A stretch of 64,000 nt of DNA, from positions 2,990,515 through 3,054,514 of the forward strand of contig CAJINV010000002.1 of the NCBI GenBank assembly GCA_905178155.1, read 5' to 3'. Below are positions 1 through 10,857 of this stretch, in pieces. The translations under genes and the position numbers were made by a program. This stretch comes from Amoebophrya sp. A120. Taxonomy: Eukaryota > Protista > Dinoflagellata. How positions within the stretch are numbered: the first letter of the stretch is position 1; each line of letters starts with the position of its first letter. The notes beneath the pieces were generated by a model. That model had not been told where the DNA came from. It saw nothing but the letters and a program-made list of their open reading frames with translations, and did no database searches.

Positions 1-378
1 GGCCCTCGGGTCTGTTGTTAGTTTTGCCCACCCTCCCACCCTGGTTCACCCCCTCGGGGGATGAGTCGTTTTGCACTGGTCTGCGGATGGTTCATGCGGT
101 CTCGTGCCTATAAACGGACAGAGACCCTTCTGCTTTCTTCTGGCAGGAGAGGGGTTGGTGCTCCATGATTCGGGCGCCTTCACTCCTCCGCAGAAGGATT
201 TGCTCATCGCACAGGATGACCCATCTGCGGATAGTGCATAAAATGGGGGATTTGTCATGCGGATTCGGCATTGTGGAAGCTTCTCGAAGCCTGTGATGCT
301 AGAGCTTCCACGCCAGACCTTCTGCGTCATGCAAAAACAGCATGACTCTTCTAGACCCACACATTTTTGCATTTGATA
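1..378. mobile_element. Introner family B, right part only; 1-~240 looks like unrelated nested sequence
   Basis: Ends ...GACCCACACATTTTTGCATTTGATA; 241-378 matches the right part of the B copy at 34464-34754. Confidence 0.75.
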
Positions 379-3300
379 ATTCGTCCCGCATAGCAAGCCT
401 GTTCGCCTGGCTGGTGGAGGTGGGGCGCCAGAAGGGAAGCCTTACACCTTATTGGGAAGCCGTCTATGCTCGGGCCACCAAACTACTCAAACTGTCCGAG
501 TTATGGAACTATCAGGATCGAAATCGTCAAAGCTGAAATAGTTTGCCATGCAACATATGCAGCCCACAAAGTGCCTCTCTTGCAGAGTAGGCAAGTGGGG
601 CAGATTGTAGTAAGCCTGTTGAGGGGTAGGCATTGAGCTGCTAAAGTAGCATGACAAAAGGCATCTTCCTTACCCAAGCAGCATGACAAAGTGGATTTCG
701 GCTCTACCCAATAAATTTGTCATGTGCCACTTGAAAACTGGGTTACAGTTTTCATCCATTTTATGCATTACAACTTTGTCGATTTCAATCCTGACACATC
801 CATACGAATACGAGCAGCGGTCCGGGGAGAAGCTGCACGCGTTGCAGGACGTCGAGACAGTATGGAAGTGTCAGAATCGAAATTAATTGACAAAATCGAA
901 AAACTTGTCATGCACAAAATCGATGTCAGTTGGAGCCTCAGTTTCCAAGTGGCGCATGACAAATGAATCTGGGGAGCACCCAAATTCAGTCTGTCATGCT
1001 GTTTGGGCAAAGAAGACTGCCCCTGGCATGCTGCTCTGGCAGCACGTCTTATATCCCTAAACAGGCTGACAATCAGTCTCATTTGCCTGCTCCCCAGTAC
1101 AGGCCTTCAGCGCCCTACATTTTATGCATCACAAATTTTTCCATTTTGTCGATTTCGATCTTGGCACATCCATAGAGAGGAGGAGACGGCGACCTGCTGC
1201 ATGCCAAAACCGTGATCGCCGAACGGTTTGGACCAAAGCAACAATGGGCGCGAGCTTCTGGATTGAGCCTTAAGAAATCACTCGGACTTGAGCGGCGCGA
1301 AGAGCGCGAGGAACTGCTCCAGATGGAGATCCAAAAAGACCACGTATGAACTGCAAAAGTATCGCGTTCGTAGTATTGCAATACAAATTGGCTCAGCATG
1401 ACAAATGAAATTTGTCATGCTGTTTTAGCTTGAAAAAAAAATTTGTAATGCATAAATGCAATTCGTACCCGTACGAGTACGATACTTTTGCAGTTCATAC
1501 CACGAAGAAGAAGAGGACATCGACGAGGTTCTCAACGCAGCAGAAGGTGGACCAGTATCCTGTGCAAAACAAGTATCGCACTCGTACTAATTGCAAATAT
1601 GCATGACAAATCGTCTTCCTAAGGTAAAAATAAAACAGCATTACAAATTCAACTTCTCTTCTTGCCAAAATTTTTTGTAATGCAATTTATACTACTAGTA
1701 CGATACTTTTGTATAATTGCATAACCAGGACGAGAAGTTGATAATTTTTATGGAGATGACGAAGTAGAAGTGATGATGCGCAACGTAGCAAAAGTGGGTA
1801 GAGATGAAGAAGGTGAGGATCAGGAGGACGATCGAGGTGGGGAGGACGAGAGAGGACAACGAGCAGGAAATAGAAATGGTCCCGATCAACATGTATGGAA
1901 GCGTCAGGACCGAAATCGTCAAAGTTGAAAAAGTTTGTGATGCATATTAAAATGCAACGCCAAAATTGCCTCTATTGCAGACGAGGACGCAAGGGATGCA
2001 GATTGTAAGCCTGTTGAGGGGTAGAAATTGAGCTGCTAAAGTAGCATGACAAGAGGCGTATCTCTTACCCAAACAGCATTACAAACTAGATTTTAGCTCT
2101 ACCAAAATTTGTCATGCGCCACTTGAAAACTAGGCGCCAACTGGTATCCGTTTTATGCGTCGCAAATTATTTCAACTCTGACGATTTCGATCCTGACACT
2201 CCCATATCATGTCGCCAACAGCAGCGGAGATCAAGCTCAGCAGAGTCCTAGATATAGTACCTCCACGAGTGCTGAAAGCGCGGTAGCGTTGTACGAGCGA
2301 GCCGGCAGGTACCGACTGGTCCGCAATTTGGTGCTGGCCAAAAAATGGATTTGGTCCACGTTTTGCCGGTTGTATTAAATGCAAAAGTGTCTGGGTCTGG
2401 AACTTGTGATGCTAAAATGTGCATGATGAAAACACTTCCGAATGCAGCCCAGCATGACAACTTCCCAAAACGCTTTCTCATAGGAAATCCGCATGAGAAG
2501 CTGCGTTTTTGCATGACAAAAGAGGCTGCGACTTTTGTTGGTTATGCAATACAGATTTTCTAGCTATGAAAAGCTAGCATTACAAGTGTCAACCTTCGCC
2601 TTCCAGGAAACCCAGACATTTTTACAATCCATAGGTTGCCATTCGGCACAATTCTCGACAGCGATGCCAGGCATGCGTTTTTCGCACCTCTCGCCGCCCT
2701 ATTACATGCAAAAGTGTCTGGGCGTGGAAGAATGCAAGTTTGTCATGCTTGTCTGGCATGACTCGAAAATCTGTGTTGCATAGGCACGAAAAGGCCCTCT
2801 TACCTGTCATGCAAAAACGCAGTTTGTCATTCGGAATACGTAAGACATGGCAGTCAAAAAATTTGTCATGCATAGCTGCGTATTGCAGTGCGTCTATCAT
2901 TCACTTGTAGCATTACAAGTTTCCAGACCCAGACATGTTTGCAATGCATACGCCCTCTTAATGCAGGAAGCGCAGCGGCAGTTCTCCTTCGACCTGGCGG
3001 AGCTGTGCCAACGCCGGGGTTGCTTGAGTGGTTGGACGCTCGTACCTATGACAGTGCACAACTCCCCCTCTCCCTCATTTGTCATGCAAAATACCCAATT
3101 TATTACCCTTTGCCTCTTAGCACTGTTTGCATGACAATTTTGGTAGCGGCCCAAATAGCACTTTAATCCAGTGCAAATTTTTTGTCATGCAAAACCAGCA
3201 TCCTTGCTGATGCTTGTACTATTGCCGTTCATGCTATACAAATTAGAGGGAGGGAGAGTTCTCCACTGTTATAGTGCAAAAAGACCGGGAAGCGGCGAAG

Positions 3301-6300
3301 TACGACGAGCTGGCAAGGTATGACAGCCTCAGAATGGAAATCCTCAAAGTGGAAATAATTTGTAATGCAAAAAAACGATTCCAGTTGAAGTGCCGTTTCT
3401 AATCGGCGCATGACAAATTTCCCGGGCACTCAAAACATGTCTGTCATGCTAGTTAGGGCATGGGTGTGCTCTTCTCTCGTGCTAATCAGCAGCCCAATTC
3501 TGAAACCGTAGAAGGACAATAGTCGGCCTGCATTGCGTCCTCTGCAATACAGTCTTTTTGGTGTCGCATTTCATGCATCACAAATTATTTTCACTTTGAG
3601 GATTTCCATTCTGAGGCTTTCATACAAGGTTCTTGCGTGATCCCGAGGCGTACCTTGAAGATGAAAGCGATCCCGAGGACGAGGCGATCATGTACCTTGA
3701 TGAAAGCGATCATGTTACGGCTCGTACAACCTCCACTTCTACCAGCACTTCCACCCCAGTTTATAATTTTCTTACCGAGGACGAGGATCATGAAGATGAT
3801 CGGCGAGGACGTGGTGAGGAGGAGGTGCATCAAAAATCTGAAGCGAAGAAGTTGAACAAGAAAAAGAACATCAAGAAGGCCGGGATAAAGACAAAGACAA
3901 AGAGAACTGGAAGAACTCCTGCGCAGGAGAACAAGGACCACGAGGAGCAGCCTCTGTGGCCCGATTTCCAAGGCCTATCCAAGAAAAAAACTGTGTTCGT
4001 GTAACTTTCTTGGAGGAATAGCATCACAAGTTTGCTCTGCGTGACACAGTAAACCTGTCATGCGTAGCTAGTATGTGAAAACACTTTACGAGGAAAAGAG
4101 CCTCTGATGCATGTCCAGCATGACAGTTGCAATTGTCTTGGATCGTCTGCAACACAAAGTTACACGTACGCAGTTTTTTTCTTGGATAAGGCCTGTTAGG
4201 GAAATACTTGGATCTGGTCTCCGCGCATGAGGTGTTTGCGGAGATCGCTCGGATCCGAGACATATGCATTGCAAAAGCATCGTCCTTCTCGTATTGCGAT
4301 CATGCATCACAAATCTGTCTCTGAAGGCAAATCAGCATTACCAATTTTATCTCTCATGCTGAGGAAATTTGTAATGCATTTATACTACGAGTACGATACT
4401 TTTGCAATTCATAAGACAGCGCCAAGGATAGCGAGTTTAAGGAAACCTGGCAATACCTCGATGCCTCGGAACAACAGGAGAAGGTGGTGGAGGACAACAC
4501 CAAGGATTTGCAATGTATCCTGTGCAAAAGTATCGTACTCGTAGTAATCGCATTCATGCATTACAAATCTGGTTCCCAAGGCAAATCAGCATGACAAATT
4601 CCATTTGTCATGCTGAGCGAATTTGTATTGCAATTACTACTAGTAGGGTACTTTTGCAATTCATACTCATACAATATCTCGATCTCTCGCCTGAACAATG
4701 GGAGGAGCTGGAGGAAACAGCGCCCGACGTTATCGAAAGGAAAAACTCTTCCTCCCCCTATTGAAAAGGTAGGCGAAAATTTGTGTTGCTGATTTGTGGT
4801 TACAAATCACATTTGTCTTGCATGAAGACAAGGGCAGAAGCCTCCGCCTCATTATGGAAGCAATTCGGAGGCATGCTGTTGGACAACTTAGAGGGCAGCC
4901 GTTTAAAATGCCGAACAACTAGGCCCAATAAACGCCCCTACCTAGGCTGGGGATCTGGCCGCAATAAGTACCTTCCTGCAGTGCAGAGCGCATTTGTATA
5001 ATACACAAATCCAACATCTTCAGAAACTTCGTTTTGATATGGGGCGGGAGGATTTTTCCTTCCGATAGACGTCCGGAGCAGGCGTAGTTCTTCCGAAGAC
5101 AAAGGTCGTGGTCGAGCGGCTGTAGCAGCAGCGAAAAAGAAGCGGCATTTAAGGAAAGTTGCGATAAACTTCGCAGTATCAAATGCAAAAATGCCTGGGT
5201 CTGGAAGATTGCGAGATTTGTCATGCTTGTCTGGCATGACCAAAAAGTTTGTGATGCGTGTCCAAGAAGAGACGCCTTTGCCTGTCATGCAAAAACGCAG
5301 TTTGTCATGCGAAAAACGCAACACGAAAAAGCGCAGATATTTCTCATGCTTGGCTGTGCATTACAGAGCATTCAGTACTACTCCAAACGCAGCATTACAA
5401 GTTTCCAGACCCAGACATATTTGCATTTGATACGCGGTGCACGAGATCGAGCAACACAGGAGAGTGAGCACTCCAAGCGATGTCTCAATCCCTAGGTTCT
5501 ATCACGGGAAAAAGTGTTAACGTTAACGGAATTTGTGATGCAGCAATGCATCGCATCAAAACGCGTCAGAATTTGTCATGCGTGGCATGCATATTGGGCT
5601 ACAATTGTGATGCATGACTGCAATCTGCGACAACCGTTAACGTTAACACTTTTTCTTGCGATAGGTTCCTCTGGCGAGACATGAATCAGTTTTTGCTGCG
5701 AGATATCACATGCAAATATCGATCTGGGTCTGGAAGATTGCGACATTTGTCATGCTAGTCTGGAATGACACTGCACTCTGTCTTGCATGGCCACCAAGAG
5801 CAGGTCCGCTTGCCTGTCATGCAGAAGCGCAGTTTGTCAAGCGAAATACGCAACACAGAAGCACGAAAAAAGTTGTCATGCTTGGCGGCGCATAATTACA
5901 GAGCACTTTATTGTTCACGGAGTTCTTGCATCACAAGTTTCCAGACCCGGATCGATATTTGCATTTGATACGAGACTTCCGCAACGGAGCCCAGAGGCGT
6001 ATGAGTGACTTCGAGAAAACGCACTTTTACCTAAGGGTCGGCCTGGCTCCTTTCTCGATCCAGGATATTTTGCAGCACGTGCTACTACCCAGCTTGCCCG
6101 ACCCAGACGCGTCCTTCGATGTTGACTACGGGCCGGATGTATCAAATGCAAAAATGTCTGGGTCTGGAAGAATGCAAGATTTGTGATGCAGGTTTGCCAT
6201 GACCACCCATGAGGTCTGGAATGCGAGACCCAGCATGAAGAGAGATTCTTTGAGGTCTCTATCATGCCTTTCCTGCATGAGAAACTCCCTCTCAACTTGG

Positions 6301-9300
6301 TCAAAAGCGGACAGCTTTTGGTACTCACGCAGCGCAGATTTTTGCATCATTCAGATTTGGCATGACAAGTTCTAATCTTCCAGACCCAGACATATTTGCA
6401 ATGCATAGGATGGGTTCGGACTGTCTCCGTCCTCAAGTTCTTCTATGAAAGCCTCAGGTTGGAAATCCTCAAAGTGGAAATACTTTGTCATGCAAAAAAA
6501 CGACTCCAGTTGAGTGCGCCATTTCCAGTCGGCAAATGACAAATTTCCCGGGCACTCAAAGCGTGTCTGTCATGCTGGTTAGGCAAAGGGGTGCCTTTCT
6601 CTCGTGCTAATCAGCAGCCCAATTCTGAACCCGTGGTAGAAGCACAATAGTCGGCCCCCATTGCGTTCTCTGCAATACAGTCTTTTTGGTGTCGCATTTC
6701 ATGCATCACAAATTATTTCCACTTTGTGAATTTCCCTTCTGAAGCTTTCATATCTTCTTCGGCTTCTTCGGCCCGCGCCCGGCCCCCAATCGCCACGAGA
6801 GAGGAGCAGATGCAGCAAATATTACAGTGAAAAACGCCCCCACCCCGGAATTTGCAAAAGTTTCTCATGCAAAGGTTCCAAAGGAAAGGTTTTTGTCTTG
6901 CATGAAAGGAGCACGAGCATTTCTCGTGATGCAGAATCTAGGTGCGCAAGGTATTTTTTGCATAAGAGATCCGCGTGCTGTTCGGCTCCTTTGCATCACA
7001 AATTTGCGCTATTCAGCGTGGAAAATTTGTGATGCTGATAGATGCAAGACGGGGAATGTTTCCGTTGGAATGGTTTGCAATACAAATGCTGCCAAGTGCT
7101 GGGGTGGGAGCATTTTTCGCTATAATAGCAAACGGGGCCGCTGGGAGACGACGCCGCGTTTCAGGAAGTTGATAATTTCGAAGATTTAAGCACGCAGGGC
7201 CTCGCGGCGTCTTCGCAGAATAACGAAGCGCAGAAGGAGTGGCGACAGGCCTCCGTGAAACTGGACCGGCACGTAATGTTGTTTCGCTCCATCGCGACGG
7301 GGTCTTTGCTGCCCGGCGAGGCAGAGGTCGCGCAGTATCTGAACGCGAAATCGAGTCGAGTCCGCCGAATCCAGTACGATTTTGCGCACGGTATCCTGTG
7401 TAAAAACGCCCCCACGACTCCATAGTCAAGATGGGGAATCTGCTAGACAAATCAACAAGCTTTGGCTGTTCCGCACGAGGACAAGTTTATCCGCCTCGTA
7501 GTACAAAAATCCTGCTTAGGTTTACTTAGCTAGTTCAACAGCATCACAGAATTCGCGCATCATGCTGGTTGGAGCATCACAAATCCCAAACCACGACGAG
7601 GCTTCTATGTATGCTTCACATGGTGCAGCTCCGCATGATAAACATTTTCAGCATTCAGATTTGCATGACAGCTCTGGGGTGGGGACGGTTGTACTTAGTA
7701 TACACGGCGCAAAGTATTTACGGAACAAATTTTTCGACAAGACAGAACTGCTTTTCGAACAGATTTATGCATTGCAAAAGTATCGTACTCGCAGAAATGC
7801 ATTACAAATTTTCTGAGCATGAGAAATAAAATTTGTATTGCGGATTTCCCGTAACGCCTAGATTTGTAATGCATCCATGATATACAACTGCAATTAGGAC
7901 GAGTGCGATACTTTTGCACTGGATAAGATTCAGTACATGCAGTACGACTTCACCGAGATCAACCTGCAGAACGAGGAAGAATACATCATCCTGGGCACGA
8001 TATCGCAAGAAAAAACAGTTTCACTGTAAACTTGTAATGCAGATGAAAATGTATCTGAGAAGTGTTTGTCTTGCTACACATGCAAGACAGTGGATTTAGC
8101 TGTGTTTTCATCCCTTAGGAGTCTCGCATGGCAAATTTTGTCTGTGATGTAGGACAAACTTGTGATGCAAAACTTGCAAAATCCTTACAGTGAAGCACTT
8201 TTTTCGTACGATACACGAAGGCTTCCACTCACGGACTAGGGTCTCAGGAGGTCCTGATCGCGGAGGACGAGAAGAAAAATTATACGCATTGCAAAAGTAT
8301 CGTACTCGCACTGATTGCGTTTATGCATTACAAATCCCTTTATTAAGGGGTACAAGGAGGAACCAGGTACCCTACCGAACCAGGTACCTGGGACCAGGTA
8401 CCCGGGACCAGGTACCCTGGGACCAGGTACCCGGGACCAGGTACCTGGGACCAGGTACCCTGGGACCAAATACCCAGGGACCAGGTACCCAGAAAGCAAT
8501 CCCCGTCCTTGGGTTGGCAGTTTGGTGGGTGGGTTCGTTTTTCGCGTGCCAGGGCGCCCGCTTCCGGGCGGCCAGAGCGGCGTACTGAGGTGCGCTGTAT
8601 CCACGGGCGCGTGCGAAAAAAGTCTGCACATTTGGCCACCGCGTAGCATGAAGAAAGGAGCGGCCTCCCCTGGTTCTAAAAACGGCGGACCGGCGTACCC
8701 TGTTCCGTTGGTGCCTACAAGGGCTGGGCGCCCTATGAAAAGAGGCACCGGGGGCCCACGTCCAGGCATTCGCGTCTGGGTGCCGGTTGCCCACATCCAG
8801 GCATTCGCGTCTGGGTACCCGGGCCGTTACCCACGTCCGGGTATCCACATCTGCGCACCGGGTGCCCCCCTCCGGGCACCCCGGTCCGGAGATGTGCCCA
8901 CCTGGTGCCCAGATGTGGATATCGGCTGTTGCTGAACTGTGGGCACCCGGTGCCCAGATGTGAGTGCCAGGATGTGCGCACCTTGCGTCCGGATGTAGGC
9001 GCCCACCTTTTCACCTTTAGCTAGCAGAAAGCCCCACGAAAAGTCAAGCGGTTTCACATCTGGATATCTACATCGGGGCACCGGGTGCCCACATCCGGCC
9101 ACTGCTACCCACATGCGGCCATCTGCATCTGCGTACCGCGTGCCCACATCCGAGCACCCGGGTACGGAGATGTGGGCAGCCGGTGCCCAGGTGTGGACGC
9201 GCAGACGTGAACCGCTTGAGTTTTCACTTGACTTTTTTTTTCAAGTAAAAGCTCAAAAGGTGCTCACATCTGGGTATCCACATCTCCGGTCCGGGTGGCC

Positions 9301-9596
9301 ACATCCGGGCACCCGGGTACCCACACCCGGGTACCCGGGTAAGTACCCACATCTGGGTACCCGGGTACCTTGGTCCCAGGGTACCTGGTCCAGGGTACCT
9401 GGTCCCAGGGTACCTGGTCCCAGGGTACCTGGTTCCTACCTCTACCTTATTAAGGCAAATCCGCATCACAAATTTGACTTGTAATGCTAAGTGAATTTGT
9501 ATTGCAATTTCTACGAGTCGTGCGATACTTTCGCAGAGGATAAGCTACATGTGGGGACAACTTAAAGCCATCGTCGGCATGACCGGCAGGCGGTAG
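379..9596 (+). CDS. 5'-partial multi-exon gene of unknown function, split by 24 introners
   Basis: Removing each TIR element plus one 5-bp TSD gives one continuous frame: ...SRIASLFAWLVEVGRQKG...LAKKWIWSTFCRLPFGTILDSDARHAFFAPL...LRNKFFDKTELLFEQIQYMQYDFTEINLQNEEEYIILGTKAS...NYMWGQLKAIVGMTGRR* (TAG 9594-9596). No family recognised. Confidence 0.85.
502..804. mobile_element. Introner family C
   Basis: TATGGAACTATCAGGATCGAAATCG...CGATTTCAATCCTGACACATCCATA; TSD CGAGT/CGAAT; frame restored. Confidence 0.9.
861..1174. mobile_element. Introner family C (opposite orientation to 502-804)
   Basis: TATGGAAGTGTCAG...GGCACATCCATA; TSD GACAG/GAGAG. Confidence 0.9.
1345..1499. mobile_element. Introner family A
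   Basis: TATGAACTGCAAAAGTATCG...CGATACTTTTGCAGTTCATA; TSD CCACG. Confidence 0.95.
1556..1723. mobile_element. Introner family A
   Basis: TAT...ATA TIR; TSD ACCAG. Confidence 0.9.
1894..2206. mobile_element. Introner family C
   Basis: TIR TATGGAAGCGTCAGGACCGAAATCGTCA; TSD ACATG/TCATG. Confidence 0.9.
2373..2633. mobile_element. Introner family B
   Basis: TATTAAATGCAAAAGTGTCTGGGTCTGG...; TSD GGTTG. Confidence 0.9.
2700..2950. mobile_element. Introner family B
   Basis: B-type TIR; TSD CGCCC. Confidence 0.9.
3047..3273. mobile_element. Introner family D
   Basis: TATGACAGTGCACAACTCCCCCTC...; TSD GTACC/GTGCA; frame restored. Confidence 0.85.
3319..3624. mobile_element. Introner family E
   Basis: TATGACAGCCTCAGAATGGAAATCCTCAAAGTG...CACTTTGAGGATTTCCATTCTGAGGCTTTCATA; TSD CAAGG. 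Confidence 0.95.
3976..4188. mobile_element. Introner family F
   Basis: TATCCAAGAAAAAAACTG...CAGTTTTTTTCTTGGATA; TSD AGGCC. Confidence 0.95.
4263..4413. mobile_element. Introner family A
   Basis: A-type TIR; TSD AGACA. Confidence 0.9.
4516..4671. mobile_element. Introner family A
   Basis: A-type TIR with duplicated TCATA at the right end; TSD CAATG/CAATA. Confidence 0.8.
4731..5067. mobile_element. Introner family G
   Basis: TATCGAAAGGAAAAA...TTTTTCCTTCCGATA; TSD GACGT. Confidence 0.9.
5177..5432. mobile_element. Introner family B
   Basis: TATCAAATGCAAAAATGCCTGGGTCTGGAA...TTCCAGACCCAGACATATTTGCATTTGATA; TSD CGCAG/CGCGG. Confidence 0.95.
5500..5663. mobile_element. Introner family H
   Basis: TATCACGGGAAAAAGTGTTAACGTTAACGG...CCGTTAACGTTAACACTTTTTCTTGCGATA; TSD GGTTC. 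Confidence 0.95.
5704..5970. mobile_element. Introner family B
   Basis: B-type TIR; TSD CGAGA. Confidence 0.9.
6140..6407. mobile_element. Introner family B
   Basis: B-type TIR; TSD GGATG. Confidence 0.9.
6444..6752. mobile_element. Introner family E
   Basis: Close copy of 3319-3624; TSD TCTTC. Confidence 0.95.
6820..7127. mobile_element. Introner family I
   Basis: TATTACAGTGAAAAACGCCCCCACCCC...GGGGTGGGAGCATTTTTCGCTATAATA; TSD GCAAA. Confidence 0.9.
7392..7702. mobile_element. Introner family I
   Basis: TATCCTGTGTAAAAACGCCCCCAC...; TSD CACGG. Confidence 0.85.
7766..7925. mobile_element. Introner family A
   Basis: A-type TIR; TSD AGATT. Confidence 0.9.
8001..8213. mobile_element. Introner, F/H-related
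   Basis: TATCGCAAGAAAAAAC...TTTTTTCGTACGATA; TSD CACGA. Confidence 0.85.
8283..9542. mobile_element. Introner family A carrying a nested 1.1 kb foldback element
   Basis: A-type ends at 8283 and 9542; TSD AATTA/AGCTA; frame restored (KN-YMWG). Confidence 0.85.
8349..9446. mobile_element. Non-autonomous Mutator/foldback-like TIR element
   Basis: 9-bp TSD TTATTAAGG (8340-8348, 9447-9455); long TIRs built from ~15-bp GGGACCAGGTACCC(T) tandem units; no credible ORF. Confidence 0.8.
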
Positions 9597-9789
9597 GTCT
9601 GCCGGCAATGTTTGATTTTTTTATCGATAAATGGCGGGAGCATTCCTGCATGTAGGTGTACTTCTAGGCACGAAGATAGCTGATATCTTTACAGAAACTC
9701 AGTCATGTAAAAAATCATTCTTTTTTATCTTGGAACAGCACAAATAAATTCAACGTCTGCGCACTGTCGTAGTTTCACAAGCGAACCTA

Positions 9790-10857
9790 CTCTTGTCCTC
9801 AGGGAGTAACTCCCCTGCCGATGGTAGTAAGTCTGGTCCATCCGCCTCAGGAAAGTCTCTTTTATCCGCTTGTCGGAAAGTCTGGTCTCATCCGCTTTGC
9901 GGAAAGTTTGGTCCATCCGCCTCAGGAAAGTCTCTTTTATCCGCTTGTCGGAAAGTCTGGTCCATCCGCCTCAGGAAAGTGTTTTTTTATCCGCTTGTCG
10001 GAAAGTCTGGTCCATCCGCCTAAGGAAAGTGTCTTTTATCCGCTCGTCGGAAAGTTTGGCTATCCGCTTGGCGGAAAGTTTGGTCTCATCCGCTTGTCGG
10101 AAAGTTTGGTCTCATCCGCTTTGCGGAGAGTTTGGTTATCCGCTTATCGGAAAGTCTGGCCTTATCCGCTTTGCGGGAAGTTTGGTTTATCCGCTTGGCG
10201 GAAAGTTTGGTCGCATCCGCATGTCGGAAAGTTTTGTCTCATCCGCTGTGCGGAAAGTTGTGGCTATCCGCTTGGCGGAAAGTTTGATCTCATCCGCTCG
10301 GCGGAAAGTTTAGCCCAATCCGCTTTGCGGACAGTTTTGGGCATCTCTGGTTTATCCGTTGTACGGACGTTGTTGGCAGCCGTGACTGTATTCTCGTTGA
10401 CGTTGGCGATAGGAGCGAGAATACGAATTCATGCGGTCTCGCCTTGCGTTGGGAAGGAGGGTCGTTTGGCACTGGCGGTTCGAACCCGTTACCCTTGCGA
10501 ACTTTTTCCCAAGCCAAGGCCCTTGGCTTTCTTTGGTCTTCTTATCCTTTGATCCTCTGATCCCATTGCAACGCGAGGCCGCAAGGCTATCGGTTTTTGT
10601 CCGCTCGAAGCTTTCCACTTCGGGCACTTGCCACTGGTCGGCCCGTCGTCATCGCTACGCCTTCGTCTATGGGGCGCACCGGTTTCCCAAATTCATCGTC
10701 TGGCCGCAGGCGTCGCGCCGGGTTCTTTGGGCTGCTTCGGCGTACCGGCCTCCACCGGTGGGGTAGGTGCTTCCAGGGCGCCTCCTCGTGCGACGCAGTG
10801 GGAGATGCTCCCATCGAGCGATCATCCATAGGGTGATCCTTCCGCGGTGACTGAATA
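9790..10857 (+). mobile_element. Intergenic insertion flanked by a 44-bp direct repeat; probable non-autonomous retroelement
   Basis: AAATTCAACGTCTGCGCACTGTCGTAGTTTCACAAGCGAACCTA at 9746-9789 and 10858-10901; 5' tandem array; ends with ...CTGAATAAAA. Confidence 0.65.
9826..10340. repeat. Tandem array of ~24-27 bp units with hairpin core ATCCGCTTGTCGGAAAGT
   Basis: About 20 degenerate copies visible. Confidence 0.9.

Noticed and set aside
9826-10340. CRISPR-like array
   Set aside because: Units are contiguous degenerate tandem repeats with no unique spacers; no cas genes; eukaryotic context.
10775-10800. CCTCCTCGTG, an HDV-like ribozyme loop motif
   Set aside because: I could not build the P3/P1 pairings around it.
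10833-10844. TGATCCTTCCGC, matching the reverse complement of the 18S rRNA 3' end
   Set aside because: Only 12 nt, with no further rRNA similarity.
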